Of a DNA stretch of 64,000 nucleotides, positions 1 through 12,310 are shown in pieces. Position 1 is the first letter of the stretch. Every line of letters begins with the position of its first letter. The position numbers and the translations under genes were made by a program. Below the pieces are notes generated by a model, which had not been told where the DNA came from, did not search any database, and saw only the letters and a list, made by a program, of their open reading frames with translations. Origin of the DNA: Octopus sinensis (taxonomy: Eukaryota); assembly GCF_006345805.1 (NCBI RefSeq), contig NC_043002.1, positions 59,706,001-59,770,000 of the forward strand. Direction: 5' to 3'.

Positions 1-1584
1 ACCACTTTAGAGATAAACGGCCATATCGACTGAGAACAGTGAGATTTAAAATCATGGCTCGTATATTTAGTCTTTAATCGGTCCGAATCTGGCAGATTCG
101 GACGTGAATATGCTAATCGTTGTTGTATTTTGCCACAGAGCAGCTCTTGTGAATCGAGTGTGTGGTTCTAACACACTAAAATCATTACCACAAGGGATTC
201 TGGGATTCGAAAGACGAACGAAATACAATTTTGCAGACATATTTGCTAAAAAAAAACAACAACAGCAAGAAAGACATGTTCGCGTTATATAACAGCAGTA
301 AATGGACAATAGAGAAGACGAGATCTATATCAATAATACAAGAAAATAAATTCCAAAATAGCAACAAATAAAATAAAATAGAAATTATGCTTATCCATTA
401 CAAATGAAATAAAAAGTATGAGACCAACATTCCAACGTCCAAATAACGGGAACAAAATTAACGACAACCGGGAAAGAGCGCACCGCAACGGTGACGATGG
501 TAACATCAAAAACCCGAAACGAGAAAACGAGAAAAATCGATGAAAGCATACACGACATGAAAGTAACTTTACCAACGACCGGAATATCAACAACACCAAC
601 AAAGGAAACAGTCTTACAAATACAAACAATACTACTACTACTACTATTAATAGTAATAATAATAATAATGATAAAATATCAATGACATCCATTATAATAA
701 GAAGCGTTAAAGAAGAAGCGTTGAGATAAGCTACAAGAGGTTTGGTCAAAAATGAAAATAATACTAAAACAAGTTATAAAGTCCTCAAAGCTAAGAGTTT
801 GACATAAAATTTCTATTGAAATTGAAGCAATGAATCAGGGCAAGCTATGAAGATTAATGTGAAATGTTAAATAAATAATCGAAAATTGTAACATGTACAA
901 GGAACAAATAGGAAAGCTAAATAAATTCTTCAATAAAACGTTTCAAAACGAGTGTTATGTTATTATAAGCAGTCACAGTATCACCGGCATCAGTTGCTCC
1001 ACCGGTATTGACAACGATATCGTAGAAAATACGAAATAAAAAGTAACACAAGCGTCAAATAGAGAGTTATAACCAACTAACATTAACAACGTTAGGAACC
1101 ATTTTGATAAGAAGAAGAAGAATAACAACAATAATATAAATGCATGCACACATACACAGAAGTACAGCAATTCCAGTGCAACGAACACGGTAAAATAGAA
1201 GCGAGGGCAAGTAAGTATATCATGAAAGCTTGTTGAAAAAAAACCCATGTCGAGATAACCAAAATAAAATAACCGTCACAACCACATACAAAATCAAAAT
1301 CAACCATATATAAAAAATAAGAAGAAATAAGAAGGAAATCGAATATTACATATAACGGAGGAAATAAATATTTTAAAAATAAAGAACAAAAAAATGAGAA
1401 GGACGATAGGGCAGAAGAACAAGGAAAATATAAACAAATATGGTGGACGGTTTCTTGGAAGTAAAAGGAAGAGTGAATGTAAGTGCAGCAGATAAGGGAA
1501 ACGACATGAGCTTGAAACAAGAGGATCATTTTTTTCTATTATGTATGAGTGAAATCTCAACACTGAAGTGACCGTTATGTCAAC

Positions 1585-1653
1585 GTACGCATACATATAT
1601 ATAGAGAGAAGTAGATAAATAGATAGATATACATACATGCATGCATACATATA

Positions 1654-1687
<34 letters not shown>

Positions 1688-1735
1688 CATACATACATGC
1701 ATATATATATATATATATATATATACATGCATACA

Positions 1736-1784
<49 letters not shown>

Positions 1785-1990
1785 ATATATACATATACAT
1801 ATATATATATATACTCTATATGCATAAATATATATATGTATATATGCATATGTATATTTATATATATATATATATATATATACATATGTATGTCTACATA
1901 TATATATACATAATATCATATACACAAATAAATATATAATAAATTTGTGTGTGTGTGTGTGTGTTTGTGTGTGTCTATATATTCATTTAT
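1585..1990. repeat. Compound (TA)n/(TACA)n/(TG)n microsatellite
   Basis: Visible directly; explains the YI/IH-rich ORFs at 1300-1939. Confidence 0.95.
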
Positions 1991-2444
1991 ATATGTATGT
2001 ATGCATGTGTATTATGATGCAACCAAAGGAATAAATCTTGTCCATAACTGTCAACGGGTGACGGCATGAAGCAAGGACAGAGAATTCTAGAAAGGGACTC
2101 CGATAATGATCTATGCCAACAGATGCTCGTTTATTCGATTTCCTTTCGGCATACACACTGCATTCACTGATACCTTTTCACTTCTTGATTCCGTTTGTTT
2201 TCCTTTTTTTTTCTTCCTCGTTTTGTTTTTGTATTTTGTTTATCCTTCTGCAAGGAAGTGATGTATCGTGTACGAAAAATTATGCAATAGATCAACACAC
2301 ACACATACATGAACAGACAGACATGCATGCGCGCACACAAACACAAACGCATGCACGTTCATTTTCACATACACACAGACTGACAACAAGTGCGCACGCG
2401 ATTATATTTATGTATGTATATTCCCATGTATGCATCTAGCTATC

Positions 2445-2474
2445 AATCTATCTATCCATCAATCAATCTATCAC

Positions 2475-2536
<62 letters not shown>

Positions 2537-2568
2537 CCTTCCGCTCTCTCTGTCTCTCTCTCTCTGTG

Positions 2569-2612
<44 letters not shown>

Positions 2613-2714
2613 GATAGATAGATATAGATATAGATATATGTATGTATGTATAAATATGTATATAAATATATATGTATGTATATATAGTGAATACACGTAT
2701 ATGTAAATCTGTAC

Positions 2715-2764
<50 letters not shown>

Positions 2765-2960
2765 ATTACTCATACACTTTGATATGTACCATACGTAGGC
2801 GTTTATGCTTCGACGGACATATGTAGAATCTGCTAAACACGTACACCCCATGAATGCAAATACATGTGTGCCTGTGATATTGTATATATATATATATATA
2901 ATATATATATATATATATTATATATATATATATATATATTATGTATGCATATGTAGACGC
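2445..2960. repeat. Compound (TCTA)n/(TC)n/(TA)n microsatellite block
   Basis: Visible directly. Confidence 0.95.
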
Positions 2961-3599
2961 ATGCATGTTTTTAGTGTGTGTATGTGGTGCTTGAGAAAAA
3001 AAAGCAACCTTTCAATATACTAGTTTTGGAGAGGAGCGTTTAGAATCAGTAAATATTTGTTTAAGCAGTCAGAAAAACTCAGGAATCATTTGTTCGAAAC
3101 AACGACACACAGAAACTAACGTACAGTAAAACGTAGTAACAACAGCCTCGGAGCTATGATAGAATACGAAGTTAGCTATGACACGTAGTTTCTGAAGGAT
3201 TGCAAAATATAAAAACCAACAACAACAACGGGAGAAAACTTGATATTAACGGCTCTAAATGCAAATCCATTATAAATAAGCAGAGTAAAATTTCTGGCAA
3301 TATCTTTGACAGTTGTTTTGCAGCGGAAAATCAATGCGGAGAAAGGCATCCGATTTCGAAATTTAACATTGCCCCTGAGCAAGGAAACTTTGTAAGACCA
3401 CGCTAACGATATAAGGGCAACGACCGGCTTGATTTATATCAGTGTTAAAAGTGATCTAATGATAACAATTGAGTTCTTGTTCGACCGATCGATCGTTCAT
3501 TCCACTGAAAATAGCCGCAAGTAATTTTCAAGTGAAACCATATTTACGTATCAGTTTGACAGATCTTTCTGTCTATACATGTATATAGATTTTTCTTGT

Positions 3600-4200
3600 G
3601 CATGTATGGATGAATGTATCTATTTTTGTCTGTGTCCGTATGTATGTATGTATGTATGTATGTATGTATGAACGTACGTATGTATGTATGTATGTACGTA
3701 CGTATGTATGTATGTATGAATATATGTATATATGTATGTATGTTTATAGGTATGTATGTATGTTTGAATATATGTGTGTATATATGTATGTATACATGTA
3801 TGCATGTATGTATGTCTATATGTATGTATACATGCATGCATGTATTTATATATGTATGTATTTTTTATGTATGTATTATGTATGTATATATGTATGTATT
3901 ACGTATGAGTATATGTATGTATATATGCTTGTTTGTATGTATGTATGTATGCATGTATGTGTATATATGTATGTATATATGAATGCGTGTATATATGTAT
4001 GCATGTATGTATGTATGTATGCATGTATGTGTATATATGTATGTATGTATGAATGCGTGTATATATATATGCATGTATGTGTATATATGTATGTATGCAT
4101 GTATGTATGTAACCATGTATGTACGTATGTGTATATATGTATGTATGCATGTCTGTATATATGTATGTATGTATATATGCGTGCATGTATGTATGTTTGT
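3600..4200. repeat. Degenerate (TATG)n microsatellite
   Basis: Visible directly; source of the spurious 223-aa MYVC ORF. Confidence 0.95.
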
Positions 4201-4369
4201 AGATATTCTCCGTATAAAATTCATTTCATAGTGCTCAAGATGTTTAAACTTGAGCAGGTGGAGGAGTAAATGTAAAGATAAGCAAGGTAATATTCAAACA
4301 ATATTAATTACATTATATATTAAAAAAAGGACATATGTTTACACAGAAAAACGGTTCGATTTACATCGA

Positions 4370-4570
4370 ATAGAAATGATATCAAGAATTAAAGGTTTTG
4401 AAGTAGACTATTACAAACCAAACCGCTATTTCTGGGGGTTCGGTGGTCCAAAATAATGATTGTAAGTTGATTCCAACTTCGGATTATACAAGCTTCCGTC
4501 TTCAGGGAAGAAATCTTAATTTTGAGGTGTTGATAGAAAGAAGATAAGAGACGTCCGGATGTAAGTACAA
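4370..4570 (+). pseudogene. Possible decayed LINE ORF1 (L1/Tx1-like) fragment
   Basis: Fragments ISRIKGFEVDYYKPNRYFWGFGGPK and PTSDYTSFRLQGRNLNFEVLIERR look protein-like and recall LINE ORF1, but stops are present and no motif is diagnostic. Confidence 0.25.
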
Positions 4571-5162
4571 CTTTTTTGCAACTCCATTGTTCTGTATTGT
4601 ATTGTGAGGAGCTTTTGCTAGAAAACACTGAAAATCAAAGTTTTTTTTCGTAGCTGATCAAAAACGTTCACCCATGACTAAACTTTAAATCATTATACTC
4701 ATTGTATTTAGGTGGATCTCCAAAAACTAGAACCCTAATTGAATGTTAAAAGGGGGGGGATCCAAATAGTTCAATCTATAACTGTCAAAAGAACTGTATA
4801 CTGCATTCCAGAACAATGAAAAGAAGTTTATGTCATATAAAGTCAAATTTGTCAATAGTCAAGATGTGGCAAGTCATTAGAGAGAATGAAACGCAATGGC
4901 AGGTTGACTTTGGTCTTGTATGTGGCGTACAGTTCTTGCATGGCCATAATTCCTCGGTCTCAGCACTGATTGTTCCTGCTGATGTTTAGTTTTGACTAGA
5001 CTACCCGTGACCCATTGGGTCACCTGGAAAGTCTGAGTTTCCCAGCAACGGAATTTTGTTTCGTGATTTTTTAATCTTTTCCAAGTTATTTCGCATGCTT
5101 TCAATGAATATAACATCGAAATCACGCGTAGCGTAAATAGCTCATTTCCCCATTAGCGGAAA

Positions 5163-5274
5163 AATTTGGCTGCTATTACTTGCACACCCTGCTACCACGT
5201 AACAGGTATTTCGGGTCCTTTATCGCAAATAGCTGTTACATGGTAGCAAGGCGTGCTAGAAATAGCAGCCAAAT
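5163..5274. repeat. Imperfect hairpin, ~43-bp arms and ~27-nt spacer (small MITE-like repeat)
   Basis: aatttggctgctattacttgcacaccctgctaccacgtaacag pairs with ctgttacatggtagcaaggcgtgctagaaatagcagccaaat with about 5-6 mismatches. Confidence 0.75.
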
Positions 5275-6184
5275 CTTTGGAGCTGGGAGTTGTTGAGTGC
5301 ACTTGAAAAAATGTTTTGTAATGGTATTCCCTTGGGGCGATCTTTCGCTTTGACTCTCAGAACTGTCATCCAGATCAGCTGTTTCTTTTCGTTAATTTCT
5401 GTAAAAAATTTTATTTATTTACCTTCGTTTTAAAGTGAAGGAGAGCAGAAAGTGAAAGATGTATGAACGTGTATATGAAATGGACGTGTGTGTGTGTGTG
5501 AGTGAGAGAGAGAAAGAGAGACTTACACACATAAGAACACACACGTTAACTCACTCATTCTCTCTCTTGCACACACACACACACACACGTACATACATTA
5601 AAGATGTATTGATGTATGTACGTATACATGACAACACATCCCTTCACTCACTCTCTCTATCTCCCCTCACTCTCTCTTTCACACACACGTCCATTTCATA
5701 TACACGTACATACATCTTTCGCTTTCTCCTCTCTTTCACTTTAAAGCAAAAATAAACAAATAAAAAAAATTACGGAAATTAACGCACTCCGGATGACAAG
5801 CGAAAGATCACCATTCACTTGAAAATAATTTAAAAAAAACTTAAAATATTGTCTGTTTAAAGAAAGCTAAAATATAAATAGTCACTGTACAGACAACTTA
5901 AATTTTTGAAATCGCATTCAATTAAAAATGTTTCTAAATGATTAAAATATGGTTTACATCAAAAAGTCAAAGTTTTTTTTTTTTTACTTAGAGCGCGCGA
6001 AGACTATGTTTGTGAACGCCAAAGATAGCGGAGGTGTGTTTGTGTTGATTGACATGCCATGACATTCATTATATGTGTGTGTATTCTGTATATGTGTTGA
6101 CGTCATGGAAGCCATGTTCCTTTTTTTGCGTCGAGAAATGACAAATTAAAATTGCTTTTAATCGTTTTCATTAATAAATACAAG

Positions 6185-7715
6185 TCCAGATATCATAAAA
6201 CTTTGTACGCCATTGCTCTCGCTTTCAGTGATTTGTCAAGTATTTCAAAGCAATCTTGTAGGGCAGTAACTCTTGCAATAGCTCTGCATAACGTTCAGCT
6301 CTAGACATTTAGTCACTGAACCAGTGGTCCGCCCAGTTACATGAAATGAACTGGCAGCCCATCTGCAATCTTTCTCTAACATGTGGCATGAGGAAAAATG
6401 CAAGGAATTGTTCGCGAATTCCATTTCGCATTACTGATGTTCGGAATTTTCTGAAACAACTCTCTTTTTTCAAGGAAGAACCTGAAGATACAGATTAAGT
6501 GGAACAGAAACTTTATACCATCATTCCAGTCAGCTTAATCTTTAATTACATGAATTCCATTCTGGAAGGAGCCATGGAGTTCTTCATAACTTGTCATGAG
6601 TTCTTTAACGAAACAATATTTGGTGTTGGGTGAATTGCTTGCGCCTGCTAGCTCCTCATCCATAGCAACACATAGGATTCTGTCCAAGACAAGGTGTTGG
6701 TAGCTCACTAACTGTGGCTCATCATAGCCTTTGCTCAAGAAAGTTCTCTGCAGTCTAACCACTACCCAACTCTTTCGTCTTGTATTCACACTCATCGTAT
6801 CAGAAATAATCATTGACATTGCACCCCACAAGCGAAATTCGTCCAAGGCGCTTTTCAATCCTTTTGCAATGGTCTCAGCGTTGCCATCATACGGCTTGAA
6901 AGAAGTCGGCTTCATTTCACTGGTTTCATTCTTGATATTCATTTCCGTCAATATGTTTACCATCGGTATGCAGGCTCCATTGCTGATTGCGCAGCGTATG
7001 GATCAAGTGTTTCTACATTTCACCATCTTTCTTGAAGAGTGGCTTGGAAATGCCTTGGTGACTCGGAGCTTGGATTTTTAGTAGAGACGTCTGTTCCACT
7101 TACAAGTCTCGTATCAATTGCAAATTTGTTGTGCCTTCTTGTGAAGGAATAAGTGCCATCACTATCACTATCATTTTGAGCAACTCAGTCATCTTCACCA
7201 TAACTGTACTCTTCAAGCTCTTCTTTTTCAGAGTCACTGTCAGTATCCAGTGTTGGGTTTCAAAAAATACGAGAGGCTTCAGTGTCAGAGCATCTTCTCT
7301 TGGAAGAGTGGATAATGTGTTTGCTTGCATTTTTGCCTGTCGAATAGCCCATTTCTCGCTTGCTTTGGAGTTGGATGGGGCATAGTTTTTTGTCATCAGC
7401 TTGGAGACATTTTACAGTGGACTTTGGTGATATCGAACAGGTCTTCTAATGCCTCAAATTGACCTCTCTTGGTGCATTTGACATACAAACGAAGGTCTTT
7501 TTGAACATGGACCGTAATGCTGGCTTGGAAACGATTGGACAATTCAGTTTATCTCTCTACGGTAGAGTCACCTCTCTTGATAATTCTGCTACTCTCTCCC
7601 TTAATTGATTTCCCGAGAAACTGGTACCGACCAACAATCTGCTCCTAGAGTGGCATTCCGTTTCTGCTGGCCAAGTGGGGCTTCTTCTACAGGCACACGA
7701 TATCTAGATGATTGG
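6185..7715 (-). pseudogene. Decayed DDE (RNase H-fold) DNA transposase, family uncertain
   Basis: Frameshifted minus-strand peptides in order: LEDLFDITKV...DDKKL, QWSLHTDGKHI (first D), SDTMSVNT (second D), YQHLVLDRIL (degenerate CxHH-like), QKIPNISNAKWNSR, NWADHWFSD. Multiple stops. Confidence 0.75.
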
Positions 7716-7884
7716 GACTGGAACTGCACCAAATTTCTCCTTCCTTTCTTCCTGTTCTTCTGAACTTTTTAAAAGATACCTCAAAAATGAGTTCACTTTA
7801 GTAAGATAAGCATAAAAGCTCATCTAAGTATGATACAGGGAAAAGTTTTGGAGAAAAAAAAGTTGTATCCCTAATGTACATATC

Positions 7885-8125
<241 letters not shown>

Positions 8126-8134
8126 TCTCTCTCC

Positions 8135-8740
8135 TCGCAACCGCCCTGTCGTTGCTCGTCTCAAGTTTCCCCTCACCTACCACCCCTCCAACGCACCATT
8201 TCCGAGCTTGCAGCGATTCCAGTCCGACCCCTCCACTTCACAATCTTCCCCAACCTATCCCTCTCCTTCAAACGAGCCCACAACCTACGTGATCTCCTGG
8301 TCCATAGTTTCATCCCTAACCCAACCTCACAACCTGGTTCGTTCCCCTGCTCCCGCAGAGGCTGCCGCATTTCTCCCTACTTCTCCAACACCACCATCCT
8401 CACAGGCACCCATCATTGTCCATATCATATTCCTGACTCCTTTACCTGCATTTCTAGCACTATCATTTACTGCATCACCTGCTCTTTCTGTCCTCCTCTG
8501 TACATCGGTAAAATGGGACTCCGCTTGCCTGAGCGGTTTGCGAAGCACTGCCAAGACATTCAACCTGAAAAAGGCTGACCGGGTCGGTTTTCGTTCTTTT
8601 CTTCCAACGGTTCATTTGAACTCTGGCTTTAGGAAAGCTGCCTCAGCTGCTGCATAGGAATTCGCAGCAAAGGTACAGATTGACATTGAGACATTTATTC
8701 CTATTCGCAAATTTTAGAATAAGGCCTCCCTCTCCGCTTT
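8135..8740 (+). pseudogene. Penelope-like element remnant: RT linker plus GIY-YIG endonuclease
   Basis: ORF 7874-8578 C-terminus: SFKRAHNLRDLLVHS...GSFPCSRRGCRIS...FTCISSTIIYCITCSFCPPLYIGKMGLRLPERFAKH, the PLE IYxITC...YIGxT...RFxEH pattern with the Cys-rich linker. Confidence 0.9.
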
Positions 8741-8789
8741 GTTTCAATGCACAATGTACATCTGCTATTGCTCAGCGCAGTCACTATTC

Positions 8790-9030
8790 TCAATGCTTTC
8801 ATTACAATCAGTCTGATAATCTCCGTTACCTTTTCCGAGAACCAAGTATGTTATAGTGCTTCCACGAATAAAGAGGCTTTCTACGGCCTCTGCCTTCTTC
8901 TTGGACTGCCAGATTTTGAATCTCTTTTCCATACCCTTTCTTACAGGCAAGAACGGGGTGTTGCGGTCCTTCTCAGGAAAAGTTTGAATTTACATATAAG
9001 AACAATCTTTATAGAAGTGACTTGCACGTT
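8790..9030 (+). pseudogene. LINE (L1/Tx1-like) APE endonuclease fragment
   Basis: RGVAVLLRKSLNLHIRTIF resembles the GVAxL motif of the APE N-terminal region; the upstream part is degenerate. Confidence 0.5.
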
Positions 9031-9427
9031 GAGAGTGAAAGCGCCTACATAAGGGATGACATAAACTTTCTGAAAAGGTCCAGTGGCGGAACATGGCTTG
9101 TAGGGTGGCACCCGTTCATCATTTCATCATCATCATCATTACATAATATAATTTTTTCATAAATTTGTATAAATAACGTTTATCATTCGTTGGCGAATAC
9201 ACCCCGACACATTGTGCTGTCTCCTCTCTGTTCTACTTTTATGATTAATAAAAAAAATTCCAATTCTTATGGCCAGAACTCAGGTGAGTTGCATGGTGAC
9301 TAACAAATAATCGAAGTTTCTAAGGATTACAATAGGATCATTAAGAAACTCTTAATGTGAAATTGAAGAAACCCTTTTTCTCGTATATTGATATACATAT
9401 ACTTATACGTTATATTGTATACATGCT

Positions 9428-9794
9428 GTGTGGAGGCACAATGGCCTAGTGATTAGGGCAGCGTACTCGCGATCGGAGGATTCCGGTTTCGATTCCCAAA
9501 CCGGGCCTTGTGAGTGTTTATTGAGCGAAAACACCTAAAGCTCCACGAACTCCGACAGGGCGTGTTAGTGAAACCTGTTATATTCTTTTACCACAACTTT
9601 CTCTCACTCTTTCTTCCTGTATCTCAAAGGGCCAGCCTGTTCACACTCTGTGTCACGCTGAATCTCCCCGAGAACTACGTTATGTGTACACGTCTCTGTG
9701 GAGTGCTCAGCCACTTGCACGTTAATTTCACGATCGGGCTGTTCCGTTGATCGGATCAACTGGAACCCTCGTCATCGTAACCGACGGAGTGCCA
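9428..9794 (+). mobile_element. tRNA-derived SINE (family shared with 52668-52959)
   Basis: A box tggcctagtgattagg, B box ggtttcgattccc; body and tail (cacgttaatttcacga...gtaaccgacggagt) homologous to the 52.7 kb copy. Confidence 0.85.
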
Positions 9795-10779
9795 CGCATA
9801 GTTGATTTGTATATACTTGGGACTTACTAGTTTCCTACACAGGGTTTTTTGGACAGTACTGAACTGTTATTATTTAGTTCCTTCACTTGTAAGCACTAAC
9901 GGTGTGGAAATCCTTGGAATCGAAAACCAAAGCTGAACCAGTCGCTAAAAGACATTCCATTATCGGGTAAAAATGAATATATGTACACACACTCATACAC
10001 AGACACACACACTTATACACGTATATACAAGCATATACATGTACGTTCATACATGCATAAGCCAAAACTTCGAAGTCACCGTCAAAGCACTCATAAATGG
10101 TTAATAAACACGTACTCTACCAAAACGTTTTGAGCATTTCTTCAACACCACCTTAAATTGTTTGTATATCTATATAAATAGTATGATGAAGAAACAATCA
10201 CACGCATACACCCGAAGAACCACGCATCCACACATACATATGCATACACACACAGTGCGTGTGCACATGAATGTGTTTTTGTATGTGTGCGTGTGTATGT
10301 GCGAGTGTGTGCCTGTGCGCGTGGGTTTTCCTTAGAATTAGTGTCATAAGGAAATGAAAACGTCTCTCAACGGATGAATAGAGTAAAACTAGCTTAACAG
10401 AAATAATTGTTATAAAAATCAATTAAGCCGCTGTAAAATAGGGCAGTTTTGTCGAAGAATGCATAGAATTATTGTTTCACAACAGAAAATAATGTCAACA
10501 GAAGACAGTATTATGAAATTAACGGACAGATATTTTGTCAATCTTCACAAACGATAATAAAAAACCATAAGAAAACACAAATTGAAAAATCTTGTTTATC
10601 GTTCCATCATGTTTTTGGTGCATTCTTGTTAAAACATTTTCTTTTCTATACTTCTTTATTGGGGGTAATTGTTAAGTGTAAAAGACCTGGGAAGGGCACA
10701 ATCGTAAAAATGTCTATTCTTAAGATAATAAAATAATAACCTAGAAAAACAAGAAAACAATAACTTACTGTATGAAAAC

Positions 10780-10853
10780 AACACACACACACACACATAT
10801 GTCTGTCTGTGTGTATGTATGTATGTATGAATATATGTATACATATATAATAT

Positions 10854-10899
<46 letters not shown>

Positions 10900-10913
10900 C
10901 ATACATCTGTGTG

Positions 10914-10944
<31 letters not shown>

Positions 10945-10966
10945 ACATACATCTGTGTGTGTACGT

Positions 10967-11018
<52 letters not shown>

Positions 11019-11070
11019 GTCTGTGTGTGTGTATATATATATATATACACACACACACTCACATATATGT
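10780..11070. repeat. (CA)n/(TA)n/(TATG)n microsatellite block
   Basis: Visible directly. Confidence 0.95.
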
Positions 11071-11579
11071 CTATCGCCAATAAAATGCAAATAAATGAAG
11101 GTGTTAACAGAGAATTCAATAAAATTTCGGAATCTTTCTCCAGACTCTGGAGACGACGAATTTAATTAAGCAAAGTAGTGTATTAGAATTAGTGAAATAA
11201 AATCTTAGAAGTGAAGAACTGCTTGACAGAAATTTAGTAAATAAAACTAGTTGAGATATTGTACAAATTCTTTTATACGATTTAAACAAAATGTGTCATA
11301 AAAAGTCCTTTCAAATTAGTTTCCAGTTAGTGGCAATATGATTGTATGAATTTTTATATGTATTTTTGTATGAATTTTTATATCCATTTATTCTAGGTTG
11401 AATACATTCATACATCTGCCTGCATATGCAATCATGCCTACATGTATGCATGCATGCATATGCATCATGTATATCTACATACATGTTTATTCACATGTAT
11501 GTACGTCTGCCTCTATGGATAAATGTATTTGTGTTAATATGTATTAAAATACAATTCTACGTTTGTTTCAATCATTATA

Positions 11580-11725
11580 CAGCGGCCATGCTTGGGGACC
11601 ACCGTGAAGAATTTTCATTCGAATGAATCGGACCCAGTACTTATTCTTTTAAAACCTGGTGCTTATTCTATAGGTCAATAAGTCCGAACCGCTAGGTTAC
11701 AGGGACACAAACACCCCAACACCGG
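11580..11725 (-). mobile_element. SINE 3' fragment (family of 26355/61484)
   Basis: gcggccatgct...cccagtacttattct...ccgaaccgctaggttacagggacacaaacacc matches the 61.5 kb copy. Confidence 0.7.
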
Positions 11726-11896
11726 ATTTTCATTGCTTTACAGAGGCTTGGCAGTGCAACTCTTAGAATTTATACAAAATTACTAATTTAGAAACACAGA
11801 CGCAAAGGCAGATCAGCGTATATACATGGCCCGTCAGGTAGCTAGCAGATTACCTCTCGTTTAGAAGAGTTACTAGTTCCGAGGTTCTGTTAAGTA

Positions 11897-11976
11897 TGAA
11901 ACAAATTCAGCCTGGTTTTTATCTGCTCCATTCTCTCATTTGGGATACTTAATCACATACCCAGCAACCCCAACAG

Positions 11977-12014
<38 letters not shown>

Positions 12015-12104
12015 CTACGGTTAGCTGTTGGGGCTGCTGGGTATGTGATTAAATATCCCAAATGAGAGAATGGAGCAGATAAAAACCAGGCTGAATTTGT
12101 TTCA
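11897..12104. repeat. Inverted repeat, 83-bp arms around a (TA)n spacer
   Basis: 11897-11979 is the reverse complement of 12022-12104 with 2 mismatches. Confidence 0.95.
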
Positions 12105-12310
12105 GAAACGTTAGCGCGCCGGCGGAATGCTTAGCAGTGTTTCGTCTGTCGTTACGTTCTGAGTTCAAATTCCGCCGAGGTCGACTTTGCCTTTCATCCT
12201 TTCGGGGTCGATAAATAAAGTACCAGTTTCGCACTGGGATCGATGTAATTGACTGTCCTTTGTCTGTCTTTGTTTTTCCCTTCTATGTTTAGCCCCTTGT
12301 GGGCAATAAA
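12105..12310 (+). mobile_element. tRNA-related SINE (gttagcacgcc...gaggtcgactttgcctttcatcctttcggggtcga family)
   Basis: Core ttctgagttcaaattccgccgaggtcgactttgcctttcatcctttcggggtcgataaataaagtaccag recurs about ten times in the window. Confidence 0.9.

Noticed and set aside
3598-4269. 223-aa ORF and the many other YI/IH/MYVC/LSIY/poly-I/poly-M ORFs
   Set aside because: Translations of microsatellites; no coding signal.
4455-4510. Minus-strand CTGAAGA...tcc-GAAG
   Set aside because: No A15.1-U16.1 pair and no stem I.
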